Source: the human T2T-CHM13v2.0 reference genome, Homo sapiens. From it: a stretch of DNA of 64,000 nucleotides. The notes below the pieces were generated by a model. That model did not search any database and was not told the origin of the DNA. It saw only the letters and a program-made list of their open reading frames with translations. Below are positions 29,560 through 43,836 of the stretch, in pieces. The stretch lies in assembly GCF_009914755.1 (NCBI RefSeq), contig NC_060932.1, one strand, 5' to 3'. Position 1 is the first letter of the stretch, and each line of letters starts with the position of its first letter. The translations under genes and the position numbers were made by a program.

Positions 29560-30745
29560 AAGGAGAGGGAGTGCAGAGATGGCAACTGCAGTTGTTGGGA
29601 GATTAGTTACATTGAGCAAAGAAGTTATTTGATTTAGCAAATGAGTAGATGTCCTAAAGATAAGGAGAGCCAGTTTTCTCACTCCCTGAAGGGATTTACA
29701 AACATTTAAAAGGTGAAAGCTGAAAAGAACACCAACGTACCATGTTAGTATTGGAATTATCAGTATGAACTTACGGGTTTAAAAATTTATATATAGAAAT
29801 AGTTATAGCGTGTATGTTTATATATATAAATATATGTCTCTCTCTGTGTGTGTATGTGTGTATGCATGCATATATTTCTTAGTAGTATGTACTGAGAGGT
29901 TCTAGAGGCAATGACACCCAGCAGTAATAAACACAGTGAGTTCCAAGATTATAGTTTCTAAAGCCACTCTCCACTAAAAGAAATCAGTGCTTAGAAAAAT
30001 GGCCATTTCCAGGGCTGGGCAGCAAACATACAGGATGAACACAGAACATCTTGTCTTTCCAGAGAGTAAGTAAATAATCAAAGAATGACAGGTCATGTCA
30101 GAAGGACCCAGAAACCAGCCTGAATGCATACCCACTGGCAAAAATCTAATGTCAGCAACAAAATAAATAATGTTAATATTAGTTAAAAACTTGTATAAAA
30201 TAGGAATCCATAAGTTTGTACTGATATACATAAATGAATAGATAAATAGGAAAGAAGGGAAAAGTCTTCCTTACATACAAGGTCAACTAGTAAATATAGA
30301 AGGGATGGTAGAAATAGTAACTATTTGGCAACCATTAGATTAGTAGTAAATGCTACTACTAATAGCATTTACATTGGTGTAATACTACAGTACTACACTA
30401 CATTGGTGTAATACTACAATAGCATTAGGTGATAGACACAGGAGTCATCAGTCAATATGAGACTAGTAGTTGTAGGTTTGATGAGGAACAGGGTGTTGTC
30501 ATGATATTGACATTTCTTCCCATAAAATATTACTCAGATGTAAAGGGGGAAATGGTGACCATGGTGTAGATAGCCGGCAGACGCAGTCTTGACCAGGGCA
30601 TCCTGTGATGAAACAGGTCAATATAGCATGCCTATATTATTCACTGAGACAGGGCATCATTTCTGTGGTATTCCTGCCAAGAATTCATGGCCTCTGGTCA
30701 TGAGGAAACACTAGACACATCCAGTGAGAATAAAGACTTTCTAAC
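29560..30745 (+). mobile_element. L1MC/L1MD 3' UTR fragment, sense
   Basis: ccactaaaagaaatcagtgcttagaaaaatggccatttccagggctggg and aaaataggaatccataagttt. Confidence 0.65.
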
Positions 30746-31056
30746 TGGATACCATTAAGTATGGTGTTAGCGATAGGCATTTTTAGATACTCTTTATCAA
30801 GTTGAGGAAGTTCCCCTTTATTCCTAGTTTACTGAGAGCTTTTATCATGAATGGGTGTTGGATTTTGTCAAATGCACTTTCTGTATCGACTAATATTGTG
30901 AGATTTTCTACTTTAGCTCATTGTTTTGATAAATTATGATAAATCGCACTTGGTTTCAACATATTCTTTTTATGCATTTGATACATTGGATTTCATTTGC
31001 TAATATTTTGTTGAGGATTTTTGCATCTATGTTCATGAGAGATGTTGGTCTGTAGT

Positions 31057-31403
31057 TGCTGTGATCTGAATGTTCCTCACCCACAAAAAAATAAAAATTC
31101 ATGTGTTGAAATCCATACCATCAGGAGGTGGGACCTTTTGGGATGTGATTAGGTTAATAAGGCAGAGCCCTCATGAATGGGGTTAGTTACTCAATATAAG
31201 AGGCCCCAGAGAACTGCCTCATTCCTTCCATCATATGAGACACAGCAAGAAGGCACCATCTGTGAGAAAGTGGGCCCTCACCAGGCACTGAATATGCAAG
31301 TACCTTAATCTTGGCCACCAGAACTGGAAGAAATAAATTCCTGTTGTTCATAATCTAAACAGTTCATGGTATTTTGTTAGAGCAGCTCGAACAGACTCAG
31401 ACA
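31057..31403 (+). mobile_element. MaLR solo LTR (MSTD/MLT1A-like)
   Basis: TG...CA ends, perfect 5-bp TSD gtagt (31052 and 31404), and aataaa followed by ggtattttgttagagcagc. Confidence 0.85.
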
Positions 31404-33062
31404 GTAGTTTTCTTGTAAGTTCTTTGTCTGGTTTTGGTATTAAGGATGCTGGCCTCACAGAATGAGTTAAGAACTACTAAGAAGTATTCCCTCTGCTTCT
31501 GTCCTCTGAAAGAGATTGTAGAGAATTGGCATAGTCTTGCTTAAATGTTTGGTAGAATTCACCAGTGATAGAGTCTTATTCAGATTGAGTATTTCTTCTT
31601 GTGAGTTTTGGCAGATTGTATCTTTCAGGGACTTTGTCCATTTCATCTAGGTTATCAAATTTGTGGGCATAGAGTTGTTCATAGTTTTCCATTGTTATCC
31701 TTTTAATGTTCGTGGGCTCCGTAGTGATGTCTCCTCTTTCACTTCTGATACTAAGCGTTTCCATCCTCTCCTTTTTGTTAGCTTGGCTAGAGGCTAATCA
31801 GCTTTTGATTGGTCTCTTCAAAGAACCAGTTTTTGGTTTCATTGATTTGTTTCTCCGTTGATTTCCTGTTTCAATTTCAATTTCCACTCTAATTCTTATT
31901 ATTTATGTTCTCCTGCTTACTTTGGATTTAATTTACTCATAGTTTCCTAAGATGGAAATTTAGATTTTTTATTTTAGATTATTCTTCTAATATAGGCATT
32001 CAGTGCTATAAATTTTCCTCTAAGCACTGCTTTTGCTGCCCTCGTTCTTTGTTTCTATTTTTGTCTTCCATTCTTTTTCTGCCCTTTGTGGTTTTAATTA
32101 AGCATTATGTATTATTCCATTTTCTCTCCTTTCTTAGCATATCAGTTATTCTTCTTTTTTTACTTTTTCTTTCCAGTGGTTGCCCTAGAATTTGCAATGT
32201 GCATTTACTACTAATCTGAATTCACTTTCAAATAACACTATACCACTTCACTTCACAGGTAATGTGATACCTTTATAATAACAAAATAATCCTAATTCCT
32301 CCCTCCTGTCCTGTGTGTCATTGCTGTCATTCATTTCACTTAAATACATGCATAAGTAAGCATTTGTATATATGTATGTATATACACACACATAAGCTAT
32401 CTATAGCAGCATACATAATTGAATACATTGTTGCTATTGAACAAACTCTGTTAGATCATTTTAAAATAAGAAAAAGGAAAGGTTTTATTTTACCCTTGTT
32501 TTTGTTCAACATTTCTCTTTATGTAGGTCTGAGTTTCTGACCCATATCATTTTCCTTCTCTCTAAAGAATTTCTTTTAACGTTTCTTGCAAGGCAGATCT
32601 ATTAGCAACAAATTCCCTGAATTTTTGTCTGAGAAAGACTTTTTCTCTCCTTTATTATCCTTTGAAAGAATACTTTCATAGGATTCAGAATTCTAGGTTG
32701 GTGGCGGGTGTTTTTTTTCCTATCAGCACTTTAAATACTTCACTGTACTCTCTTCTTGCTTGCATGGTTTCTTAGGGGAAGTTGGATATAATTTTTATTT
32801 TTCTCTATACGTAAGGTGTTTCCCCCCCTCCCCAGCTTCTTTCAGGAATGTTCTTTATCTTTTTATTTTCTGTAGTTTGAAAATGAAATGCCTACATGTA
32901 GGTTTTGGGGGCATTTATCCTGTTTGGTATTCTCTGAGCTTCCTGGATCTGTGGTTTGGTGTCTGATATTAATTCTGGGAATTTCTCAGTCACTTGTTTC
33001 AAATATTTCTTATATTATTTTGTTTCTTCTCTTTCTGGTGTTCTTATTACACATGTTACACC

Positions 33063-33281
33063 TTTTATTTATTTTAGAGACAGGGTCTCACTCTTACCCA
33101 AGCCATTCTCCCACCTCAGCCTCCCAAATAATCGGGACTACAGGCATGTGCCTCCGTTTTTTGTGGGGATGTGGTCTCATTATGTTGTCTAGGCTGGTCT
33201 CAAACTTCTGGGCTCAAGTGATCTTCCTGCCTCGGCCTTCCAGAGTGCTGAGATTATAGGTGTGAGCCACCGTACTCGGCC
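33063..33281 (-). mobile_element. Internally deleted AluJ-like element
   Basis: gagacagggtctcactct...gggctcaagtgatcttcctgcctcggcc. Confidence 0.8.
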
Positions 33282-34489
33282 TGTGTGACACATTTTGTAA
33301 TTGTCCCACAGTTCTTGGAAATTCTGTTCTATTTCTTTCAGTCTTTGTTGTCTTTGCTTTTCCATTTTCAGAGTTTCTCTTGATAATATCTCAAGCCTAG
33401 AGATTCTTTTCTCAGCCATGTCTGTCTACTAATAAGCCCATCACAGGCATTCTTTATTTCTGTTTCGGTGATTTTTTGATCTCTAGCATTTCTTTTTAGT
33501 GTTTCTTCAGATTTCCATCTTTCTGCTTACATTCCCCTCTGTCCTTAAATTCTAGCTACCTTTTCCGTCAGAGCCTTCAGCGTGTTAATTATAGTTGTTT
33601 TAACTTCCTGGTCTGATGATTCCAACATCCCTGCCATGTCTGTTCCTTATTCTTGCTCTGTCTCTTCAAGTTGTATCTTTTGCCTTTTGGTATGCCTTCT
33701 AATTTTTTCTTCATAGTCGGACATATAATGTTCTAGGTAAAAGGAATTGCTGTAAATAGGCTTATAGTAACCCGATGGTAAGATGATGGGGGAGAAGTGT
33801 TCGCTAGTCCTGTGATTAGGTCTTAGTCTTTCAGTGAGCCTATGCCCCTGGACTGTGAACATCACAAGGGTTTCTCAGTTTTTCCTACGCCCTTAGATGG
33901 GACAGGATGACTAGAGTGGGCAGGAGTTGGATATTTCCTTCCCCCAGGTCAGTTAGGCTCTGGTTAACTAGTTTCTCCTGCAGGAAGGCCTTAATTAAGA
34001 AAAGCAGTGCTAGGTCATGTTTCAAAATGGTTTCTTTTCCCCTCTCCCAGCCAGAAGCAGAAGGGTTTATTTCTCTGATATTTAATGTGAGGATCTGGCC
34101 AGGTTACTGGAGGTAAATCTCACAATATTGTAGGAGTTGGCCCATCCGGAGTGTTTAACTCTCAGACTTGTCTGAGCCTCCAGCAGTTCATCGGTTAGAA
34201 TTCAGGTTTTCTTACCTTAGTGTTGGTTTCTCACAGCAGTTTCCACTCAGGAGTCTCTGCTCTGTTAAGCCACGACTTCCACTAGGAGTCTCTGGTCTCT
34301 GTTCTGGGAAGCCACAACTCCCTCTATTTGCCTCTCTGTCTCTCCAGCCCCGGGGCAGTAGTTTACCTTGTGTCTTCCCCTCTTATAGGTCCAGAAGAGT
34401 TGTGACTTTTCAGAGTGTTGACCTTCTATTTGTTCAAGTAGAGTAGCAACTTACAAGCTCCTTAAATGCAGAACCAGAAACTGGAAGTC

Positions 34490-35220
<731 letters not shown>

Positions 35221-36218
35221 AAATGATTTTTAATGTGTAGGTCCTACATCCTACCTTTGAAACCATTACTGAACATCCAGGTAGCTCTGACTATGGTGTT
35301 TTACCAGATGTCATATCCTAGAAAATCCTTGTGGGGTTTACATGTCATTTGCAAGCTTTAGTAGTTTCCATAATGAGGCAGACTCAGGGTCTGCCTAGCC
35401 AAATTGTCATTTGCCAGCAGAGAACTTAAAGTACCAAAGAAGGGCCTAATATTCTTCCCTAATGTCAAATTAAGGCTCCAAAGTGCCTCAGCTTTTTATG
35501 ATTGTAAATTATCAGTCTGTCTAGATGAATTTTTAGTTAATGTTTTACCTTTGCCACTTATCAGATTAGTGAATTCCATGTGTTTAATACCTGTCCACAT
35601 TTGTCCCTATCAAGTTTCAAAGTATGCTGTTTAGAAATTAGAACAGTTCTTTGAATTCTGTGTGCCAGTGAAAAGAGCAAGCATGAAGTTGTGCATATGA
35701 ATTAATAAGTAAATCAGTTTCGTCATAGGTAGGGAGGAAGTTTAATTTGGATGTAGGGAAGGGGCAATAGGATAAGAGCAGGACAACAGAGCATCATTTA
35801 TGACTGGGGAGCTAATGGAGGGAAGTTGTCCTGTTGGTTGAGAGATGGGTTCTGCAGCCCCTTCTGTGGGCTGGGTAGGCTCCGTGGGCGAGTCTCTTAC
35901 ACATCGTTGTCCTGGATTATCTCCTCTGAGTCCATTCTACAAAGGAGACTCTTAAAAACCGTGTTTTCTACCTATGGTAACAGAGCTGATGAGAGTTTAA
36001 TTGATGCCTCTTTTAAGGGTTTGAGATTTTTTAATTGGTTTTTGGTGCATTGGGTAATTAACTTCTCAGTGACCAGTTTCCTACATACAGTCATCCTTCA
36101 ACCCACAGAGGCCCTACCTTTAGGCCTCTGCTCTCTTCCTATGTCCAGCCATCCATGGTATTCCGCACCTCTTCATTCATTTTCTTCTTAATTAACTAAG
36201 GATACAGAGAGGAGCACT

Positions 36219-36583
36219 GCCCCAAGTGTAGTCCTGAGATGCTATCTCATGTTCCTAAATGCAAGAAGGCTGTTGTGTGCCTTAGAGAAATTACATGTGT
36301 TAGGTAAGCTGCTTTGAGTTATAGCGCTGTCCTTGAGTTATAGTGCTGTCCATGAGTTATAGTGCTGTGGCCATGAGTTCAATGTTAATGAATCAGCTAT
36401 ATGTTAAATAAGGTGCCTTTAAACAGAAACATGCATCAAACAAGGTTATGCATTGATCAGTTGAAGATGTTTTAGGGGCTCACAGGAACCTAACCCTGTA
36501 TATCCCCTGTGGACAATGCTTTAGTATTCACTAATTCAGTATTCACAACAGCACAACTATCATGAATAACAAGAATTAAATGT
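36219..36583 (+). mobile_element. MER82 3' half with an internal 19-bp triplication
   Basis: Aligns by eye to the 22950-23319 part of the other MER82 copy. Confidence 0.8.
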
Positions 36584-38148
36584 ATTTGTCATGTAATGGG
36601 CGCTAACACTGGTTGCCACTGACTTTATCAGATTAATTTTGTGCTGTGTATGATGTTTTAAATTTTAAGTTTTATATATTTCTTACATGTGTATATATGA
36701 GATGTATAGCCATATATTTAATCTATATGATGTATAGCCACATATTTAATAATTTATATATTTGTGAGTTCTTTATAAATTATTTCAGGGTAAAAAAGGG
36801 CATTTAGAAGACTTTGGCTTGTACAATCTGAAACAGTAAAATTTTAAAAATATACATATGTTCCTTGCCAAAATTAACCATATTTTTTACTTTAGTAGCC
36901 TTCATTTAGCGTCATCTGATTACTAATTTTAAAATGTATTTGATTTTAAGAAAATTATAGTTCCAAAGATAGAAATTTATTTTACTGATAACTGTTAAGT
37001 AAGCCATATATGCTAACTCTGGTCACTCTAATATATACATTTTATGTCACTCTCAGTTTGAAAGCTCCAATGTGTCTTTGCCTTAAAGAATTTTGACTTA
37101 TCTTTGATTTATAGAGTTTGTATGGCAACTCTCCTGGCTTCCAGAGCCTAACAGACTTACTTGTATAGCTTTTAAAGCTAATCGATTGGCTTTTGATACT
37201 TTTGCTGGAGGAATATCTTATTAAAATCAAATGGATGAAGTAGCTAATTGTATTTAACATTTGAAGGGATAAGTGAAAAGAGGAGGAAAAGACTCAAGTT
37301 GATTCAAAAGCAAAATGAGAAGAAAAGATAATTGGCATATTCTCCACATCTTTCCTCTGATCAACCACATAGGAGACAAAACAAATTAGAGACTTGTCTT
37401 TGAACAGGAAGCAGATGTGCCGAGCATATTTTTACTTCAGATTTTGTTAACTATTTTATCTTTAGATACTGATTTTTGTCTAGAGGAGAGTGTTGGAGCA
37501 ACTAAAATGGAACTCATAACTTCAGCTCTTGATGGAAGTTTCCTTGATGCCTGGCACTTTATGCTGTATTAATGCCAGGAAATAAATTTTATTTCCTCCT
37601 GTCTTTAGGCAAGCTGTTATTCCTCTAATGCACAGTCACTTTTAACTTAGATTTTTGAGAAACAAGGAAAAAAGATTTAATCTTTGAGACCAGTTGTTGG
37701 CTAAGGCAGGCGTTTGAGCATCCCAGTTACTTGTCATTCAGCAGCTGTGTGGGAAAATGTAAGCTACATTGTTGAACAGATTTTGTAAAGGAAAAAATTT
37801 ATTTCTTGATTTATTTGGTACAAATGTCTCTTTACTCAAAAAATCTTTACAAATGGTTATTGGGCATTCAGTCATTTGCTTAGCACTCTGTAATTTTATA
37901 AAGTGATTTCCATCAGGTGCCTTTCACAGAAACCCTGAAGGTCAGGGGAAATCATAATTTCCTTGATGAGAAAGCTGAGGCATAGAGAAGCTCCTTGTTA
38001 GGAGGCTTTGCCTCTGATTTCCTGGTCAGCTTCATAGGTTTTTTGCTTTTTTATTTTTGTTCTTTTTAACTTTTTTAATATCCTTGCCTTACTGCTGTGG
38101 AGAATGATTTCTATTTTGCAACAGCTTATGTTTTTCTCCTGTGTACAG

Positions 38149-38239
38149 GGATATTCCAATGCCTTTAGTTAGCTCAGGAGTAGAGCATGGTAACCTGAGA
38201 GAGCTGGCACTTGCAAGAATGAAAGACCTCGGAATACAG
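38149..38239 (+). CDS. ELP3: ELP3 coding exon (probably exon 11), 91 nt, phase 2/0
   Basis: gtgtacag|G and CAG|gtaaga. Encodes [30 protein letters not shown], completing the conserved RVQRDIP motif across the junction. Confidence 0.97.
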
Positions 38240-40166
38240 GTAAGAGCAAATATGGCGGTCAGGCCACAACTGTTGAGAAAAAGAGAAATCTGAAACACGA
38301 AAGACTTTGCCACTACCACCCCTAAAACCAGACTTGCGGGTCAGGTCAGAAAGCTCCCAGATGTTGAAAGCATAGTCACTGAACTGTGTCGGAGCTGAAG
38401 CCAGTGGTGCAGGGGCTGCCTCCTTTTCCTTCATTCCCTTCTGCTTTCTTCTGCCTGCTCAGATTGCCAACTGTGTGCCCCACTCCAGTTTTTAAAAACA
38501 GTTTTTCTTTTGAAGTATTAGGTATTCAGTTATTGACTGAAGGAAAAGGAGACGTGAATCCTGAAAGGAAAGTATAATCATTTGAAAAGACAAGTATTAT
38601 GTGCATGAAATAATTGCCAAAACTGCTATTGCCCCACATATACCAGTCTCCTATCCCTCTGGCCATTGAAGTCCCTTCTTCGCTCACAGATATTTACTAA
38701 ACATCTCCTCTGTGCTGGCCCAGGATATACAAAGAGCCCAAGAACCTGCAACTTAACAGTCTCTGTGGGAAATTCTTAAGTCATAGGAAGGTTTAAAACT
38801 CCAGTGCTCAGGAACTTCTTAGAGCTGCTAAAGGGATAAACCAGGAGTGGTGTTGAGACCAAGGGCCGACTCCTGGGCTCTGCCTTCATAGATTCTGGAT
38901 CAGTAGATTGGGATGGGACCTATCTGTTTGTTATCCAGCACTAGGTACATGGTTCTCATGCACAATTCAGATTTGGGCCACACTTTGAAAGACATGGTTC
39001 CAAGGATTGCATATGGTGTTTGTGGACTTAACCTAAGACATTTTATTCTCTCACTCAAATTATTAGGGAGAAAATGTTTCAGAAGATTGTTCAGGGGAGA
39101 GTTTGTGAATATTATTGGCATATTCTACCAAAAAAAAAGTGAACAATTTTATGTTCCAGAAAAATAGCAAAGGACACCAAACAAGATTGTGTGCCTGCTT
39201 TGCCTCCAAGGCTCCAGCTGTTTGTGTTCTCCATCTCCTCTCGCCTCCAAGAAGGCCACTGACCTTCAAGAAGGCCAAGGTGACTGACCTGGCCTGGTTA
39301 TCCCAACAATCTCGTTATCCATCCATCTTCTTTAACCCTCACCCCTCATAAGCCTTGTTAGCCTCTATTAAAGTAAGCTGGGATTGAGTCCAAAGGCTGG
39401 AATTCAGTCATAGCCAAAATATATCTAGTTCCTATAGGCAACATCTTGAGCAGAAAATAAGCACACACCAATCTCTGCCTTTAAAAAAAGCATGCCAAAA
39501 AAAAAAAAAAAACAGAAACAGCATGCAGATGTTCATTAAGAACATGGAACAGTAATACATTCCCATGCTAGCTACTATATAGAACTATTGTAGTGAAAGG
39601 ACAGCAGCTACATTAAGTAGATTAATAATTACAGAGATTGATCATCTTCGTCTGCTGTACAGTTTTTGTTTACTGGAATTCATGGACTCTACATCAGCAA
39701 AGCATTGTCTTGAGCTAGTTCCTGGGGTGTGGAAGTAGCTTTAGTTTTCTACAACTGAATAATGAGCTCTTATTTTTCTCTTGGAATTCTGTACATATAT
39801 AGCAGTCCTTCATAAAAATACTATTACTAGAAAAGCTTATGTGACATCATCAAATTTCCCACAGTGATCTTTTCTTACTGGAAGAAAATGTTTATGGTTT
39901 GTTCTATGGGGGGGAAATATACCATAAGATATATAATTGAATAATTACAATGATTTATAATAATGAAAAGGATTGTGTAATTGTAAATGTCTGGTAGCAT
40001 AGCATGCACTGTGGGTTGTGGAATAGAAGTGAGAGCCACATCACAGATGCTTGGCCATGCAGACCAGACATTGCATTGGCATTGTCTGCAGGCAGCTCCA
40101 TGCCTTCTCAGATATTCAAGAGCCATTTGTGATTGTGCTTCAAAGTATGTAATACATAGCTCTAGG

Positions 40167-40277
40167 TTCCTCCTCCCTCCCTCCCTCTCTTCCTTCCTTC
40201 CTTCTTTCCTTCCTTCCTTCCTTCCTCCTTTCCTTTCTTCCACAGTGCCCTTCTTGCAAAAAAAAAAAAAAAAAAAA
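40167..40277. repeat. (CTTC)n/(CCCT)n pyrimidine tract followed by an A20 run
   Basis: Read directly. Confidence 0.9.
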
Positions 40278-40774
40278 GCCATCTTCAACATGTAATTTTT
40301 GGATATTCCTAAAATGATACAAATATGGGGATGCTAAAAATGTTAACTGCCGTAAAATGGAGGTTTTAAACATTTAGGAATTTACTTTTTACTCTTTATA
40401 TACATACTTCTGGATTGTACTTTCAGATAGTTATATCCCCTAGGCAAACCTGTTTCTTACTTTTATGACTTACATTCTTTACTGCTAAGATTATATTATA
40501 TATTGATCTTTTTCGAATTCTAAATTTATTTTAAAAGCACTACTGTACTACTTCATACATTCCTACTCTGGTTTCCCCATCCTCAGATTCATTAAAGGTG
40601 GTTTTATTTTGAAATTCAGCTCTTTTATCTCACTGCAAGTTATATGCAAACTTAATTTTGAGCCCAGGGTTTGGTGGAGAGGTTTAAATAAAAATAAAGA
40701 TTGAATTGGTTACCAGTTTTATATTTGTACCCCTCCCACCCCCCAACCCCGCTCACGCCATTTTTTTTTGACAG

Positions 40775-40840
40775 TGTCGAGATGTGAGAACCAGAGAAGT
40801 TGGAATCCAAGAAATTCATCACAAAGTACGGCCATACCAG
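40775..40840 (+). CDS. ELP3: ELP3 coding exon (probably exon 12), 66 nt, phase 0/0
   Basis: tttgacag|TGT and CAG|gttagt. Encodes CRDVRTREVGIQEIHHKVRPYQ. Confidence 0.96.
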
Positions 40841-41058
40841 GTTAGTCTCTTCATGTCATAGAGGGCCTAGGTACTGTCCTTAGATCTTTGCCAACCCTGG
40901 GCCCACATATTCTTAACCAAGGACAGAGCCCCAGGAGTGAATAACTAAGAGCAGAGACTAATCGAGGATTAGATACCGGTGTCAAACCGTGAAAGCCAAA
41001 TACAAGAATTCTAGAAGAGCCAGGTTAGGAAAACGAAGTCTGAACCTCATTCTAGATT

Positions 41059-41252
41059 AGCACTGTCCAGTGGAACTTTCTGCAGTGTTGGAAATGTTCT
41101 GTGATCTGAGCTATCCAATATCCAATATGGTGGTGACTGTTGAGCACTTGCAATATGGCTTGTACAAATGAGGAACTAAATTTTTAATTTAAAATAAATT
41201 CAATTGTAAATAGTCCCCTGTGACTACGAGCTACATTTGGGAAGAGCATAGT
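41059..41252 (+). mobile_element. MER3 (hAT-Charlie)
   Basis: gcactgtccagtggaactttctgcagtgttggaaatgttctg...tgaggaactaaatttttaattt. Confidence 0.8.
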
Positions 41253-42435
41253 ATGATCTGCTTCTCTCTTTATGTGTAACTATTCAGCTGTTGGCCCAAT
41301 GGTGATAAGCAAATGAATAGATCAGCCCTTACCCACAGGCTCCACAAAAATTAAGCATAATGCCTTAAGGCATTCATGGTATGTAATGAATTAACTTTTC
41401 TCTTATACTCTTATAATGTCTAGCTGTATGCCAGATTTTCTGTAGGATTTGATTCTCTTGTGGAACCCCATTTGAGAAAGGCTGGAATAGATGATCTCTG
41501 CATTGATATTTCTGTTCTCAGCATGAATCAGTTAATTGACATTTTTCACATTTAGGACCTTTTGAGAGAAAAAGTAGACCCAACACAATTTGCCAGATTC
41601 TTGTGCTGTTCAGTTATTTAGCAAACATTGTTGAGAAGGAATATGTGTTAGTCTGAATTGTTCACCTTGCTCTGGGTACCATCTCCCCATCTACCGAGTG
41701 TTTCTGCGTGTGGCCATGTCCATATGTATACTTTTCTCTGTGCGTGCAATATTGTTACATATGGCTTCTATTTAAGAAAAGTACAAGAGCCATTTGTACA
41801 ATGAGCTGAAGAGCCAAAAGCCTGTGCAGACTGCTACCACAAAGCTTCCCCCCAGAAGCTACCCTCCATGACTGAACTTTCTCTAACATTTTTATCCCAT
41901 AATTATGCATAATATTTAAGTGCCCTGTGGGAGGCCACACTTCCTTGAAATTTCGTCAAGGTGCAGGTGACCAGCATCACATTTTTCTTCCCCAAAGATA
42001 GGTTTCAGTGGAGGCGATAAGGACTAGAAGATGAAACCCAAACCATTGAACACCTGACAGTTTTGAGACAAAGGGGTGCTCCTGAGAGCTACGCATGAGA
42101 CGTGATTTTGAAATTTTACATTAAGAGACTCTTCATGGGGAGTCAAATGCATGGAAGCCTTTACTGAGCTGGATCTCTGTAAGAGTCTCAAGGTTAATGA
42201 AGTTCAAGTATTTGTGAAATTATACAGTTATTTTCCTTTTATAATAGTCCATGAACAAGGTGTGAACTTTAATCTTGGTGCTATTTGAGAGTAGACAAGT
42301 AAAAAGAAACATAATTAGTGATTATTCATTCCTTATCCCTAACTAGATATTAACCTAAATAAATACATACAATTACAAAAATGAATTTGGTTCTTTAATT
42401 TTGAATAATATTTTTTGTGGCTTTTTACTAAATAG

Positions 42436-42663
42436 GTTGAATTGGTAAGGAGAGATTATGTTGCAAATGGTGGCTGGGAAACATTCTTGTCATACGAAGA
42501 CCCAGATCAAGACATTTTGATTGGCCTCCTACGATTACGCAAGTGTTCAGAAGAAACTTTCCGTTTCGAATTGGGTGGAGGTGTCTCCATAGTACGAGAG
42601 CTGCATGTGTATGGGAGTGTGGTCCCTGTGAGCAGCCGGGATCCTACTAAATTTCAGCATCAG
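42436..42663 (+). CDS. ELP3: ELP3 coding exon (probably exon 13), KAT/GNAT domain, 228 nt, phase 0/0
   Basis: ctaaatag|GTT and CAG|gtatcc. Encodes [35 protein letters not shown]...[24 protein letters not shown]. Confidence 0.97.
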
Positions 42664-42896
42664 GTATCCTGTATTCCATTTCTATTTGACTTCTAAGAAA
42701 CTGCCTAAGTAGGAAAAGAGAAAAGGAATGGGGTGAAGAGAAGAGGAAGAGGCAGAGGAGCAGGAGAGGGGAAAGAGAAGCATAGAAACAGAGGAGCCAG
42801 TGTTTTAGTTGTTCAGAGATGTTTTCTCTCCAAATTGTATCCTTTTGGGAGGAAAGGATAAACTGAGATTCAGTCAGTTGGAACATAACAGATTGA

Positions 42897-43201
<305 letters not shown>

Positions 43202-43498
43202 TGCAGTTAGTATTTTTGAAAGTAAGAAATCGTCTAATACTGGCAATCTCATATGGGTCAACTTATTGTGGAGTCAGGTTAGACAGTAATGGGAAAGCAC
43301 TTATGAAACACTTCCTAAGGTTAAGCCATATTATACATAGGGGAACCCTATTCTAACCCCAGACAACCTACCTTAATAGCTCACTTTTAAAAATTTCCAG
43401 AAAATGTGTTAAAACCTAATGGCGGATATGATATACGAGCCAAAATTGATTATTTAAGAATTTTGCCTGGTTTCTCAACTCTTAGAAAGTAGAGAGGT

Positions 43499-43836
43499 GG
43501 CCGGGAGTGGTGGCTCACGCCTGTAATTCCAGCCCTTTGGGAGGCTGAGGCAGGGGGATCACCTGAGGTCAGGAGTTCAAGACCAGCCTGGCCAACCTGG
43601 TGAAACCCTGTCTCTACTAAAAGTACAAAAATTAGCTGGGCGTGGCGGCACGTGCCTGTAGTCACAGCTACTCAGGAGGCTGAGATAGGAGAATCACTTG
43701 AGCCTGGGAGGCGGAGGTTGCAGTGAGCCGAGATTGAGCCAGAGTGATCTCGCCCAATGCAGTGAGCCACTGCACTCCATCCAGCCTGGACAACAGAGGG
43801 AGATTCCGTCTCAAGAGAAAAAAAAAAAAAAAAAAA
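43499..43836 (+). mobile_element. AluS, sense, with a 28-bp internal insertion
   Basis: TSD aaagtagagaggt at 43486 and 43834. Confidence 0.95.

Noticed and set aside
36315-36373. Short regularly spaced repeats as a possible CRISPR-like array
   Set aside because: Head-to-tail copies with no unique spacers, inside a eukaryotic MER82 element.
39875-40373. 138-aa and 102-aa ORFs with RKEG/LPSF repeats
   Set aside because: Produced by the (CTTC)n simple repeat and the poly-A run.
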